Under the pieces are notes generated by a model. It was not told where the DNA came from, made no database searches, and saw only the letters and a list, made by a program, of their open reading frames with translations. A program made the translations under genes and the position numbers. Positions 10,899 to 25,065 of a stretch of 64,000 nt of DNA are shown in pieces; within the stretch, counting starts at the first letter, position 1, and each line of letters starts with the position of its first letter. Source of the DNA: Eledone cirrhosa (Eukaryota); contig OZ024743.1 of assembly GCA_964016885.1 (NCBI GenBank), forward strand, positions 191,332,001-191,396,000, in the 5' to 3' direction.

Positions 10899-13398
10899 AT
10901 CCTGCTTGTTTTGGGGACTTCAATGCACATCTGAGTAAGGAGGGCAGTGAAGATCCTTGCTGTTACTTCCATAACAACACCAACCGAAATGGAAGACTAC
11001 TGAGAGACACCCTGCTGGAGGCGAACTTGATGGTGACCAACGTAAGGTTTAGGAAGAATCTGGGGAAGATGTGGACCTACATCTCAGATATGCACCTGTC
11101 CAAGTCCCAGATTGATTTCATTCTGGTAAGGAAAAAGTAGCGGAATAGTGTTCTGAACACAGAACCATACAACTATTTCAGTACACTGGGTAGTGACCAC
11201 CGGCTTGTTATGAGTGAGGTCCGGGTGAGCTTAAGAAAGAGCAAGGCTCAGCCCCGGAGAGCTATCTACGACTGGGGAGCTTTCAAGGAAGATGATAAGC
11301 TACAGGAGAGGTTCACAGTGGAAGTGAGAAACAGGTTTAGTGCTCTGTGTGGAGAGTCAGAGGAAAGAGAGATTGGATGGACTGAGGAGAGTGTGACGAG
11401 GAGGTACGGGCACTTCACCAATGCAGTGGCGGAAGCAAGTGACAGCCTGGTGCCGAGGAAAAAGAACAAAGGGAAGCACGTCAGCTCTGCAAACCCAAAA
11501 GTGTGTGCAGCCAGAGAACACCTGAAAGCTGCCAAGGACCAATTCTATGCTGATCCTACGGAGGAGAGGACGGAGACTGTGGAGGTGATGAGGGAAGAGC
11601 TCTGTACCGCTTACATTGAGGTCAGAGAGGAGGCACTGATAGAGAAGATCAGAAGTGTGGAGAGAGCGGTTGACAGATCTGGATGTAAGGAGAGCTGGAT
11701 GATCATCAACGAGATCACAGGGAGGAAGAGAAGGTGTTCGAGTCAGATCCAGGGAACGGGGCCCGAGGATAGGAAGAGGAAATGGCTAGATCATTTTAGG
11801 ACCCTACGAGGAGAACCACCCCACACAGCCCAGAGCACTGGGGAGATCAGGCGGCTGTTTTAGGAACTGGATGTTGAGACAGAGCCCTTCACCAGAGAGG
11901 AGCTTCAGAGAGCCAAGAAGAGGATCAAGGAGGGCAAAGCTCATGGAGAAGATGGAGTGGCATCAGAGGTGATGAAAAGGTGTGATTTTGATGATATCAT
12001 CCTGGGGTTCTGTAACGGGGCACTGGAGAAGGGAGTTGCCCCGAATCAGTGGAGGATCAGTAACATCGTCCCAGTGCCAAAGAAGGGGATCTCTCTAACA
12101 CCAACAACTACAGGGGGATCTCACTGGCGTCACTTGTGACAAAGACCCTCAACAGGATGATTCTTAACAGGATCCAGCCTGAGATGGAGAAGAAGCTCAG
12201 GGACAACCAGAACGGCTTCAGAGAGGGTAGATCAACCACCAGTCACATCCTGATGCTGAGGAGGATATTAGAGGGAGCTAGAGCAAAGTGCCTTCCTGCG
12301 GTCATGGTTTTCATTGACTTTAGGAAGGCCTTTGATTCTGTGGACCGTTACTGCCTGATGAAGATCTTACAGGCTTATGGAATCCCCAGGAAGATAGTGG
12401 ACCTGATATCACTGCTCTACACCAACACCAAAGCCCAAGTCATTACAGCTGATGGGATGACAGAGTTCTTTGAGATACTGGCTGGAGTGCTCCAGGGAGA
12501 TACATTGGCTCCCTACCTTTTTATCATCGTAGTGGACTAATGTATGCGCCTTGCACTGGAGAAACACCAGGACTCTGGCTTTACTGTAGCACCGGCTCAG
12601 AGCAGGAGAGTTAGGGCGAAAAAGGTATCGGATGCTGAATTTGCCGACGACATAGTTTTAGTGACAAATACAGTGAAGGAGGCAGAGGATTTGATGCGGG
12701 AGGTTGAGACTGTGTCGATGAGTGTGGGGCTGAGAATGAATGAGACTAAAACAAAATATCTGGTAGAGAATGTTGAGAAGCCAGAGGGGATCACTAATGT
12801 AGGTGGGAAGCCGCTAGAATTGGTTGAGGGCTTCCTGTATTTGGGAGCAAAGATTGGGAATACGGAAGATGATGTGGTTGAGAGGAAGAGCAAGGCCTGG
12901 GCGGCGTGCCACAGCTTGAGATCGGTGTGGAAGTCGGACCTTCGTAGAGACCTGAAAGTCCGCCTCTTCATTGCTGTAGTGGAGTCTGTGCTGCTGTATG
13001 GGTCTGAGACTTGGACATTGACCAAGAAACTCACTCAGATGGTGGATGGGTGCTACACGAGAATTATGAGGATGGCTCTGAACATTAATCAGTATACACT
13101 GAGGATGAAAAACTCAGAGCTGTATGGGAGCATCCCAAAAGTCAGCTCAAAAGTGACACAGAGGAGACTGAGGTTAGCTGGACATGCTCACCGACATCCA
13201 GAGTTGACATTGCACTCAGTGCTCCTTTAGGAGCCCCTACATGGACACACTAGAAAAGGAAGACCAAGGTTAACGTATGTTGATGCCCTAAGGACAGACA
13301 CTGGTCTGTTGGAGACGCAGGACATGGCAGCGATAATGAGGGACAGAGACCGCTGGAGAGAACTCGTCCATGGATCTCGGGAATTTTACCCGCCTTAG
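10899..13398 (+). pseudogene. RTE APE C-terminal half plus reverse transcriptase, with several stops and frameshifts
   Basis: ORF pieces 10883-11140, 11210-11863, 11957-12139, 12136-12540 and 12544-13230 are colinear with RTE ORF domain order. Confidence 0.9.
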
Positions 13399-13524
13399 AA
13401 TATATATATATATATGGGGGGGGGGATAGATAGACAGACAGATAGATAGATAGTTAGATAGATATGTTTCTTTATTTAGATAGATAGATAGATAGTGATA
13501 ATTTGATAATAATTTACGAATGAT

Positions 13525-13650
13525 GCCTCATCTGAGTTCAAATCCAACCGAGGTTAACTTTTCCTTTTATCCTTACGGGGTCGATAAAAGAAAGTACCAG
13601 TAATGTACTGAGTGATTTCTGGCCTTTTGCCAAAAGTAGAAACAATTATT
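13525..13650 (+). mobile_element. tRNA-derived SINE, 5'-truncated
   Basis: B box GAGTTCAAATCC followed by the ATCCTTACGGGGTCGATAAAA..GTACCAG core and ATT tail. Confidence 0.75.
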
Positions 13651-14869
13651 AGCTTGCATCCGTAAAATATAAAAACCCAGTTTTCTCTCTGATAAACATT
13701 GATTATTTAGACAAATGTTAGAAATAGACTCCTATAGAGAATTGATTAATTCTTATTACCTGTTGTGTGAAATTTTTCTAAGCTAATTTCCATAACTAAA
13801 ACATTGAGTGAATTTCTGGATATTGACTGCTAATGTTTGTGCCTACTCTTTGCTGACTCAGACATGTCGGAGTCGACAAATATTAAATAAAACCTTTCGA
13901 AATAGAAATAAATAATATTTCGCGGTGTTGTCAGAAAAAATGGTGCGTCCATTTATAAAGCTGAATATATACACATAGACTGAGGAAGAGAAATAAGTTA
14001 TCCTGTCGGAATTGAATCTGCTTGAAATCTATGCATTTTCAAATTGGGGATCTTTAGATTTTTACTTTCTGTTTGTTCGTTATAATATGTAAACCCTATT
14101 TGCACACCACTAGAAATACATTAACCTTTTTGAAAGCTATATGGTGACATGCTGATGTGTGTGTATTTCTAAATATGCTTGGCTGTATATACGTATATAT
14201 ATGTATATGTGTATGTGTAAACTGCATAGATCACAGAATTACATTAGCAGTTCTGTAAACCTTCCCGTAGAGATTTCTGCGAAGTTTAGCATCTTCTGAA
14301 ATTCATAAATAAATTCCTATTAGGGAAACGCCAACATTAGAATTACATATTATCATCTATTATTGGATTAAATTTTATGTCCCAACCATTTGACAACTTT
14401 TGCTGATAAGAGCTTAATTTATATCGGCAAATTCACGCTGAGAATATATTTTTTCGACAAAAAGTAACAATTTAGTTTCTTTTCAGCGTTTCTTATATTT
14501 TTCTTCTCGATTTTTATTCATTTGGAAGCCAGCAAAAGTTATTACTTATAGGTTGTCAGCTAAAACATATATTTCCACTCTGAAGGGAGTAGCAATCGAA
14601 GAAATGATATATCATATTTCTCTAAAGTAAAATGTATAAATATATTCAATAAAACTAATGGTTTTACTTTAAGATAAATAAACCTCACCTACTTTGAATC
14701 TTCTGATATCTCATATGCCTAATACACAATTCTCGCAGTTATCCGAGTAAGGTCATAAAGAAGAAGATTCAACGGTAAGTTCATACGTTCTATCTACCGT
14801 CGTGCCATTTATATTAGCAGTAACATAATGAACATAAATATGAAACCATATACATTATGTTTACGTATG

Positions 14870-15121
14870 ATATTTGCTCAAAGATGGTTACGATTTTCAG
14901 GACGTTTCTGGAGAAATAAGAAAGAAGTTCTATACAAGCTACTATTGTGGGAGCCATCTCGCAGAGCACGCATTAGAGGAAGACCTGCTCAAATTTTCAT
15001 CGATCAACTCTCAGATGATACAAACCTCAGTAGGGAGCAGCTGTCAGGGGCAATGGAAAATCGTGAATTGTGGAGAGACTTTGTCAGGAATGATTGAACG
15101 TGGTCGCAATGATGATGATGA
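14870..15121 (+). mobile_element. 3' fragment of an RTE-clade LINE
   Basis: LRFSGRFWR..LLLWEP..RGRP..FIDQL..DT..MENRELWR, similar to the C-terminus at 13170-13398; short (GAT)n tail. Confidence 0.75.
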
Positions 15122-16229
15122 ACATGTTTCACTATGGTATCACAATCTGTGATCATGAAAGAGCTACCTCAGTAGCAGAATGATAATACTTAGACTCTAG
15201 TGCTTCAGGATTTTTATCCATTTTCAATTATTTCATTATTCACATGGTACTGAAGCTATGGCAAACTATCATTTACGTATGAAACATCTGCTGAAGATAC
15301 TCATTCGCATATAGTGCGAGCTTGACGTGCTGCTATTAGTTAGCATTAACATAGTGTGATACATAATAAAGACTCATATAGAAACACACGCTGTGTGTTA
15401 TGTATAACAAACATACATAAGACCCTATGTGACAGCTAGTTGCAATATATACTTGTTTATTAGTTTTGCGTATAGTTGAGGATATAGTAGATATAACGTA
15501 TTACTAAGTTTGATACTAAGTATTGATACTTATCACCTAATTGTTTTTAAATTATAAATTAAATAGTTCTCTAATATGTGCATGTTGAACAATAAATATT
15601 TAAAAATGGAGTTAAAAACTCATACTGATCTCTCTCTATCAATACTAAATTTAATAGGAGCTTTCCCACAACACAGTTGAAATAGTTTACAACTAACTAT
15701 GAAGGTTTTGTCCTTAACAGCTTTAGTATTCTTTGATACTCACTACCAATAACATCTAGTTTCATGTGCATCATACTTTTGGAGGTTTGCGGGCCACATA
15801 TTTAAGTACTTTACGCCCTTACTGAATGGTTTGTTTTGTTGCTCTAATCCACTGTTTTCTTCTCCATGAGAAATATTGCTCAGTCAATGGTGGTATCTAA
15901 ATCACCATAACCACCCATTGTTAGCTTGGAAATCTATGACACTCGTGTCTTTAACTAGATTTGATGCATTTTTCAATTTTCATGCCACTCTCATTGGTAC
16001 CACTGGATCCTTGGTGAATATATAATTTAAGCACTGACCCTTCAATATTTCTATGATATTCGATTCTCATAATTTTTCTTGTAGCAACAGATAACGATCT
16101 TACATTTGAACAAACATATTTCAAATAATATGCAATGTGTTTTTTCTTAGGCTAGAGTATGTCTAATTACTGAAATATCAACCAATGTTTTATTGTTTCG
16201 TGTGATGTCATTAATTTAATATGCACTAA

Positions 16230-16420
16230 TGAATTGGCAGTACCGGTCGAGGTTCGGACGCCATGCTTTGCAGCATAGAGTTACGGCCCTTTATGTTCTG
16301 AGTTCAAATCCCGCCGAGGTTAATTTTGACTTTCCTCCTGACGTGGTCGATAAAATAAAGTACCAGTATTACAATGGGGTAATTGCTGGCCTTGTGCCAA
16401 AAGTAGAAACAATTATTGTA
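16230..16420 (+). mobile_element. tRNA-derived SINE
   Basis: A box TGGCAGTACCGG, B box GAGTTCAAATCC, conserved core, AGAAACAATTATT tail. Confidence 0.8.
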
Positions 16421-17389
16421 ATATGCACTGTGAAATAATTAATATGGCATCAGTCTTGCTCAAACATAAGCACCTTGATTTGAGGCTACTTCGCCTGGGC
16501 TTGATATTATTTCTGGGTGTGTATTATTATATTCAAAAACCCATTACGTTCACGTTATACCAAAATACTAAAAAATAAAGAAACTTTATCACTAAAATCA
16601 ATTCTACTTAATAAATTATTAATGGATTTATGCATATAATTTCTCATTATATCATAGTGTTTAAGACGTGGCAGTACTTAAGACGTGGCAGTACACAAGC
16701 GGATAAGAAAACATACAGGATGTATGTGTGTGTGTCTGTGTGCGCACGCATCTGTGTGTGAGTATGTTTGTGTTGGGAGTGGTGTATACATGTGTGTGTA
16801 AAAAGAATTTGGAAGAGGAGGGCGGAATAAATTCTAATCGAGGTGAAGTCAGAGGTTAGTTCTTTAGTGGGAGTGCAAAGTGCGGAAAAGAAAGGGTATA
16901 TTTTTTAGAGAGTGGTGTAGCAGTGAATATTTATGCTATTTCGTCATCTGCTCAGTATATATAGTGATACAACTAGATGTAACTTGTATAGCGCTACATT
17001 AGAGCAACTGTCTCATAACAAGGGGAAGATAAATTTGTGTCCTGCTAGGATTCGTTAACCCAGATTTCATCAGTTTTAGCTGATATCCGCCATAACAGAG
17101 TACAGTTTAAGAAATATTAGTTGACCTTTCCCATCAAAGGTTCTGCCAGATACAAACGCAGTAGGTCTCGTAATCGTTTCAGTCAGAAATGAAACATGAA
17201 CATATATGTATATATGGGTGGATACATAAGTCCTGCTACAGTCATAGGAGCGATGTCGTGACATACGGCGTGTCTTGGGCACTTTAAACCTAGCAAAGCA
17301 CATTCCCTCACCACGTTTGAACATAGCCGAATTTTTCCAGGGAGGGAGAGAAAGAAGAGGAAGTGAGAAAGAGATATAGAAGAAAACTA

Positions 17390-17540
17390 GACTCCAGTAT
17401 TGACTAGTACATATTATATCACGAAAGGATTAGAGGCAAAGTTGACCGTAGTGGGATTTGAACTCAGAGGGCGCAGAGAGGTGAGTAAATACTGAAAAGC
17501 ATTCCTTGGAATGTTTTCATGCCTCTGCTAATTTGCCGTC
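17390..17540 (-). mobile_element. Diverged tRNA-derived SINE
   Basis: GAGGCAAAGTTGACC..GGGATTTGAACTCAG is the reverse complement of the SINE B box and core. Confidence 0.55.
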
Positions 17541-17849
17541 TCTGTGTACACGTATCTGTAGATGTGAACGTTTATTGGAAAATCGATAAGACAGGAAATA
17601 TGTACAGACTACTGCTTTAAGCGACGGGCTTCTCTATCCAGATTATAAATTCAAATCTATACCTAAAATACAAATGGTTATGTTAATAATCTCCTAAGTA
17701 GCTATCTTAGAAGCTGGAGTTCTCTGGTATTTTACAAACACGCACGTTGAAAATACAACCTGTAAATAGAACTGTAGAAATATGCTACACTTGTATAACG
17801 TTTCGTTATCGGAATTTATTCCGGTAACAGAGCTTTGTTTGTTTGTAAC

Positions 17850-18000
17850 GAATTAGCAGAGTGTTTAGAATGCCGGGTAGAATGCTTTGTGGTATTCGTT
17901 TTGGCTCTTTGATCCCTGAGTTCAAATCCCACCGATGTCAGCTTTGCCTTTCATTCATTCGAGGTCGATAAAAAAATAACAGTTTATTACTGAGGCCGAT
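17850..18000 (+). mobile_element. Diverged tRNA-derived SINE
   Basis: CTGAGTTCAAATCCC..CTTTGCCTTTCAT..GAGGTCGATAAAA. Confidence 0.65.
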
Positions 18001-18724
18001 TTTTCCTCTATATCTCTTCCTCACTTCCATTCTTTCACCCTCTCTTCTACTCTAGACAAAATCGACTGTATTTGAACCTGGAGAGAAGATGAGCTCCGCC
18101 AGGTTTTAAAATGTCCTAGAAACGCCGTATGTCTGTACGGCGCCCCTACGACTCTTTCACGAGTTATGGGTCTATACTTACATACAAAGAACCAGCCTCA
18201 TTCCTTGTGGGCAGATTTCAGGTAATTATAAAACATAAAGATAGCCCACTTATCCACTGAAAATGACGACTGTGTGAGTGATCCGATTCAAATAAATGAA
18301 TAACGATGAAAATCTGTACCAATACTTTTGAACCGAATACTTATTCTTTTCTACTTCCAATACATTGTGTATATGTTTGAAATTTACAAAGAAAACCAAA
18401 TCTATGTAGGTTTTGATATCCTGGCGATTATTGACTTATGACAGATAAGCTCATGGGATATAGAGAAGCAAATATTACAATATATATATTTGCAACTGAT
18501 TCTTTCATATTGAAATTAAGATTTTTTTTCAAGTTAGTGATGAAATGAATGCTTTTTAAATTATTATTATTGAGGAAAACGTACAGAAATCATTAAGTAT
18601 ACATTACGCTGATATAGAGAGAATACATGGTGAGGTTACATATGTTCAATATATTTATGGCAACATTGCAATTCATGTTGGTGCTGTATACACTGTACTT
18701 AAAAATAAGTTGAGTAAGACGCAA

Positions 18725-18993
18725 CAGGAACTATATATCTGTTTTACCAGGGTTAACATAGGAGTAAGAAACAAGAGGGTAGGAAACAAATTCTAGAGGC
18801 AAATTCCCAGAGCAAGATGGTTGGATAACATCCATGAGCTTGGCTGGTATCGTTTTGAGGTCCAGCCGGATCAGATAGAAACGGTAACTTCTTACCTGAA
18901 CAGCGTGAAGGAATGTTTGAGGACTTTTTTCCCACAACCCTCTCAGGAAGAAGAAGAAGAAGAAGAAGAAGAAGAAGAAGAAGAAGAAGAAGA
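18725..18993 (+). mobile_element. 3' fragment of an RTE-like LINE with (GAA)n tail
   Basis: Frameshifted R-G-x-P-R-A-R-W-L-D-N-I remnant, ending PQPSQE then (GAA)n. Confidence 0.5.
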
Positions 18994-21696
18994 ATACAGT
19001 CAGTCATTATAGCGTATTGGAGAAAGGGTATTTAGCAACAAACAGACTGGGCAATAGCGGGAGTACCATATCAGATACCATACCAGCTGAGATAAGTACG
19101 TAAACATTTCATCAACGCTGAAATATTTACTAACTCTAAGCAGGAATGCTGGTTGTTTCAATATAATATATATGAGGGGGTCACAGAAGTTAATCGAAAC
19201 GATTTCAATGAATTCGGCTGTTATTTTCTGGTAGTCGACTAACAGCATCAAGTCTATCTCGCTTATGTTTTCAGTGCATGCATGCTGCATATTTTTCGAC
19301 TGTTATGGAAGTGAAAAAACCTAGTCATCCAAGCGGAAATGTGTTTCGTTAGATGTATCATTCAATAACTTATCAATTTACAAGTATTTTGAAAATATAA
19401 CGCAACTTTTGAGTTGCTACAAAGTGAGATGACCTGTATTACAGGTAATTCCGATATGATGGTTTAGTAAGTTAGTCGGTATATTCCCACGCCATAAAGT
19501 TATAAATGTTCCTAAACTACTGTAATTTATTTTTGTTCAATAAAAGTTAATATGTAAAAAAAGGATGCTACTTTTGCCACACTCTGTACATCAAAACCAT
19601 TAAAAGTGCTGACACTGAAGTTCTCTCAATGGGAAAACATTTCAAATATGCCAGTGCGCAGGAATCCGCTAGGCCTGTATTTAGGAAAGCCTTTCTGCTG
19701 GTAACTGAGAAAGGAAATAGTCAATTCTAATAAAGAGGTGGTTATCTATAATTGTTCCCATTACGTTTGAAATATTACAGAAGATTTGGATAGAATGGTA
19801 TTTAACATGAAGAGATTGCACTTCTTTGGAATAGAAGATATTGCACCATGTTACCATAGACAGGGATACGTTTCTGATTAGAGAGAAAAACATGAAGATT
19901 TTGATGATGACAGGAACAAATTCTAAAAGACTTTGAGTGTAACAGAAGTGCCTTTCTGACAAGTAACCTTTTGGCGTACGCATTGGAAAGGTTTCCATTC
20001 GTGAAGAATCATATTAGTTTGAAAGGATTGTGTATGTGTGTATATATGTGTGTGCATGCGTGCGTGTGTGTCCTTAGAAATGAAAGTAAATTAGACATCG
20101 AATTTTGCGATGTTAGCATCAAATGTGTTTGAGGGCTTCTGACGAGTAGTAGTGAGAAGGAGATTGCTGCAGGTTTAGCATTGCCTCTTCTGAACAGAGT
20201 AGAAGACCAAATTAGAGTTTGGAAAACGAGAGAGGACTTGAAAACTGATGATATGATACGTATAATCCATCGTTGGTTCTGAAATCCTCCTAGTAAGCGG
20301 AGCTGTAAGTTTTACGCCTTCCATTTTTCGGTTCATGAGTTGCGAGATTTGGCTGCATTAGGTATATGAAAAGAGATTTTTAGGAAAATGATATTTGTCA
20401 CTAGGTTTAGCCAGTACACAACTGCTATTGCGTCCCCCAATTACCTGTACTAAATTATTAGATGGATTTGGCGTGATCAGTTCTTTATTTACAAGATCTA
20501 TTTCGCAACCTATCCATCCACACTCCCCATGAATATAGAATTATTAACTGGGCAATTTCTTGTAAATTTTTACTACTAGCCGTGTGTTGTGTAATGTAGT
20601 GTGTTGAAATTAACTCCTTGTTGTAAAGGCATGATTATCCCTCGTGAGAATTTTTGAATTACAAGTGAAACAAAGTTATGAAATTTGAGGCTTACTTGTT
20701 TGAATATAAATTAGCATATTACACAGGTTATCTGAAATTTACAGTTAGTGGTAGATTTTAATGTTGGTGTTTTGTGACATATTTGTCTTTATTTCTTTAT
20801 TTATTCATTTCTCTCTTTCCTTCTTTCCTTCCTTTGTTCTTAGTTAGTTTACAAAAAGAGTGGTAATAAATGGATTGGTTTGGTCATCATGAGAATGATT
20901 CTTTCTTGTCACTTCAACATAGCCTATTCCAAGAGAGAGGTGAGGGAAAGGGGGGGAGGAAGAGATTGAAAAAATGAAAGTGACATCGTAATTGACCACG
21001 AAAAGATTAAAGACAATTTTGACTCCGTAGAGATGCAAAATAAAGTCTGTCACGAACCAGATTTGAACTCAGAATACATAGTGATAGAAGTTATTATTCC
21101 AGATGCTCTAAAGCTTTTGCCTATTTAACTTATTAATCAATATCTCTTTATAATTGAGTGTAATGGATGTTGTGTTGTTTTAAGAGGCTTTTCTAGCATG
21201 TTCAGCTATTTTATGGGCTGAGTGCATTTGGTTCAAGTGGTATATTTTATGAATAGTATTCAGTATATAATAACAACACGCCCCAATAAGCATGTTAACA
21301 GGAGGTAAGTTTACGAAAGTGTTGCAACATCACTGAACTTAGGAACATTATAAAATAACATAAATAAAATAATACAATAAATAAAATAAGATAATACATA
21401 AATAAAATAATACAAAAAAAATTAATAGTACAAAAAAAATTAATAATACAAAAAAAATTAATAATACAAAAAAAATTAATAATACAAAAAAAATTAAGAA
21501 AATAGATAAAACTGTAGCAGAAACACCCACCCATGCATACATATTTATTAGCATACACACACACAAACACACACATATATACATATACTCGTTTTTTATA
21601 CACATAAAGGTAGCGTTCAAATTGTTCTTGTCTCTCATTCTCCCCAACCTCATCTCTCTCTGTATATATATATATACATTTATAAATATGTATATA

Positions 21697-22708
21697 TGCA
21701 GTATTTTTCTCTATATTTTATTACATATATTTACCACTGCGATTCTGTGTTTTTTTCTCTCTCTCTCTCTTACTGCTCCCCCAGTCTCTCTGTTTCTCCC
21801 CCTCTGTCATGTCAGTTAACTCTTCCTCACACTTTCACTCACTCACTGTTTCTCTTCTCTTCATTTCATCCTGTACACCATGAAGGCTATTTTTCTCTCT
21901 TCTCACATGGCCAGAGTTCGTGTCAGGTCTGTTTTCTAAAAGCTCATATATTCACCTAGCTTATGCTAAACAGAATAATTCTGAAGCTTGTTTCTTTCCC
22001 CTACGGTTAGCTATACTCTGTGTTGTTCTCCTGTCTCACTCGCTTTACGCGTTTCAATTGTCCTAATAACTTATTTTGGTTATTATTGCACCGACGTGAG
22101 GTATAGGATTTTTAATGCAATCAAATATCCATGATCGTCGGCAAATCACTGATGAGGGACTCATTTTATTACATGTTATCCATGTGCTACCTGCAGTATT
22201 TTTCTCTATATTTTATTACATATATTTACCACTACGATTCTGTGTTTTTTCTCTCTCTCTCTCTTACTGCTCCCCCAGTCTCTCTGTTTCTCCCCCTCTG
22301 TCATGTCAGTTAACTCTTCCTCACACTTTCACTCACTCACTGTTTCTCTTCTCTTCATTTCATCCTGTACACCACGAAGGCTATTTTTCTCTCTTCTCAC
22401 ATGGCCAGAGTTCGTGTCAGGTCTGTTTTCTAAAAGCTCATATATTCACCTAGCTTATGCTAAACAGAATAATTTTGAAGCTTGTTTCTTTCCCCTACGG
22501 TTAGCTATACTCTGTGTTGTTCTCCTGTCTCACTCGCTTTACGCGTTTCAATTGTCCTAATAACTTATTTTGGTTATTATTGCACCGACGTGAGGTATAT
22601 GATTTTTAATGCAATGAAATATCCATGATCGTCTGCAAATCACTGATGAGGGACTCATTTTATTACATGTTATCCATGTGCTACCTGCAGTATTTTTCTC
22701 TATATTTT
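21697..22708. repeat. Near-perfect tandem duplication with a ~494-bp unit (two units plus a partial)
   Basis: TGCAGTATTTTTCTCTATATTTT recurs at 21697, 22192 and 22686; (TA)n flanks. Confidence 0.9.
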
Positions 22709-22709
22709 T

Positions 22710-22715
22710 TTATAT

Positions 22716-22811
<96 letters not shown>

Positions 22812-23000
22812 TTGTGAGTCTATGTGTGCTAACTAACACATATAAACATACACACATATGGACGTATCAATCACTTCTTTCCCGATATATATATTTACAC
22901 ACACACACACACACACACACATACACATACACATATATACACACACATACACATACACACATACACACACACATACACATATATACACACATACACAAAT

Positions 23001-23036
<36 letters not shown>

Positions 23037-23403
23037 GCTGTTACTTATTTTATTGTTTTTGCATTAATGTTCATTCGATGACAAATCTACGCAGATACAC
23101 ACACATACACACACACAATATCATACACACACAGACACAGCCACTCCTCGTAAAGATATTCACGCACACATACCGTTCATAAAACACACAGGCATCAGCG
23201 AACTTGATGATTGAACAAACCAGGATGTAAAATTTGAAATCGCTCTTGTCTTTTTTTATTTTACACTTTTACGTTCCTCATATTCTTAAGTTTCTTTTTT
23301 CCTATATCTCTCGCTATATACCTTCACACATACATAACTGAATACATTAATTCTTCCCGAAATATGTGTGTGTGTGTGTGTGTGTATGTGTGTGGGTGCG
23401 TGT

Positions 23404-23467
<64 letters not shown>

Positions 23468-23559
23468 GTGTGTGTGTGCCTGCTTGTTCGTGTGCGTGTA
23501 AACATATATATATTTACAGAGAGATGTGTGTGTATGTGTGTTTGTGTGCATGAACTATA

Positions 23560-23631
<72 letters not shown>

Positions 23632-23635
23632 TATA

Positions 23636-23688
<53 letters not shown>

Positions 23689-23690
23689 TT
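22710..23690. repeat. Compound (TA)n/(CA)n/(TG)n microsatellite field
   Basis: Directly visible; similar fields occur at 37110-37970, 43740-43950 and 44500-46960. Confidence 0.95.
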
Positions 23691-24514
23691 TCATGTGCAT
23701 ATAAATGTTTGTATGGATGGTTGTATAGATGTGACATGTGTGTATACAGCTTCCTCAATTTTATCAATATCGTTCTTGTCGAGTAGTAATCTTCATTTTA
23801 TAGTTTTTAGTTTTATTCGTATTTCAATCCTCAACACGAAAATGAACTTGACTTAATTATGTTTCTATAGGAACCGTTTGACAAGAAATATTCTGACAAT
23901 AATGTACTACTGATATATGTGTAGATACATATATAACCTTGGGGAATTGGCTCCGTAATTGTGTAGAAAACATATTTTAATTTTCAACGTTAACTCCATT
24001 TCTCAAATATTTCGTAGATGAATAGTTAATTTAAACTACTCCAGCTTTTGACGAATGGAAAGTAATAACGAACGCTGGATCTAAAGTAACGTAATGCTTT
24101 TAACAAGGCAATTTCCCCTTAAAATATATTTATACATATATATGTATACATATATATGTATAAATATATCTGTATACATATATATGTATGAAAGTATGTT
24201 CTTAGGGTTTTATTCTTATCAATTCCTCACCAACAGAGAGAGACAGAAAAAGAGAGAGAGAAAGAGAGAGAGAGATAGAGAGTCTCTCTCTAAGACAAAA
24301 CGAGGCTCGTTCTTTGAGATTTAGACATCAACTAGATAATTATATATGTATTTCAGAATTGCTTTAAAAATTGGCTTGTGAATAGAATTGCGATGTATGA
24401 AATCGAACACATATTTGAACACAGCAACAATGCATTTCCGTTAATCTGATCAGAACACGATGTCCAGTGTGATTGTCGGAATCCTCAAGAAATCACTTTT
24501 ATCCAACGTGAACG

Positions 24515-24567
<53 letters not shown>

Positions 24568-24587
24568 TGCGTGTGTGTGTATGTGAG

Positions 24588-25065
24588 CAGGGTTGCACAG
24601 TCCTTTGAGGACACGTCTTTTAATAGCTCTAACCTCCTGCTACCCTTTTCAAATTATTATTTCGTTTCAAATAATTGATGTCAAACATCAAGCTAACTCA
24701 CCAAAAGGCACGCTGTATTTGTTGCAGTAAAGGCAGAACATAGTGATTTAGATATTGCTCGCTTCCTGAGAGGTCATTTATATTAAAATGTTGCAAAGAG
24801 CTGGAAGCCGCTGACAGGGGTTCTACATCAGAAGCCAAACGTGAATCGCCTGCTAACATCAGAATGTATACGAAAGGTGCAGAAAATGACCGAAGAGAAC
24901 CCCAAAATATGAATTGGTCTCATTGCTAAGCAGCTCAAGACTGCAAGGCACAATATTGGAAGTATTGTGCATGAAGACCGTCCATACAAGTCATATGTGA
25001 TACAGAGAAACCAATTCATGTCTGCAACGATAATCATAACTATTTAATCCGTGCAAACACTAGCG
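24588..25065 (+). mobile_element. Degraded Tc1/mariner-like transposon 5' portion
   Basis: Starts CAGGGTTG after a microsatellite; remnant N-terminal helix-turn-helix-like coding (KRHAV..KAEHSDLDIARFL; IAKQL..IVHED..YKSYV). Confidence 0.45.

Larger units (their letters stand above)
10093..13398. mobile_element. RTE-clade LINE, near full length, with the 5' ~800 bp inverted
   Basis: Minus-strand 10899-10093 holds the 5' UTR and APE N-terminus (GTLNVRT, QEHR, GGVGF, SAYSPT). Plus-strand 10899-13398 holds the rest of APE (GDFNAH, IDFIL, SDH) and RT (QNGFR, FIDFRKAFDS, GVLQGDTLAP, FADD, LLYGSETW). (TA)n on both flanks. Confidence 0.9.

Noticed and set aside
16230-16320. tRNA gene
   Set aside because: A/B boxes belong to SINE heads; no cloverleaf forms.
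21395-21500. Short regularly spaced repeats (AATACAAAAAAAATTAAT)n as a CRISPR array
   Set aside because: An 18-bp AT-rich minisatellite without unique spacers, in eukaryotic DNA.
22625-23856. ORFs rich in YI/HT/CV dipeptides (here and throughout the window)
   Set aside because: Translations of (TA)n, (CA)n and (TG)n microsatellites.
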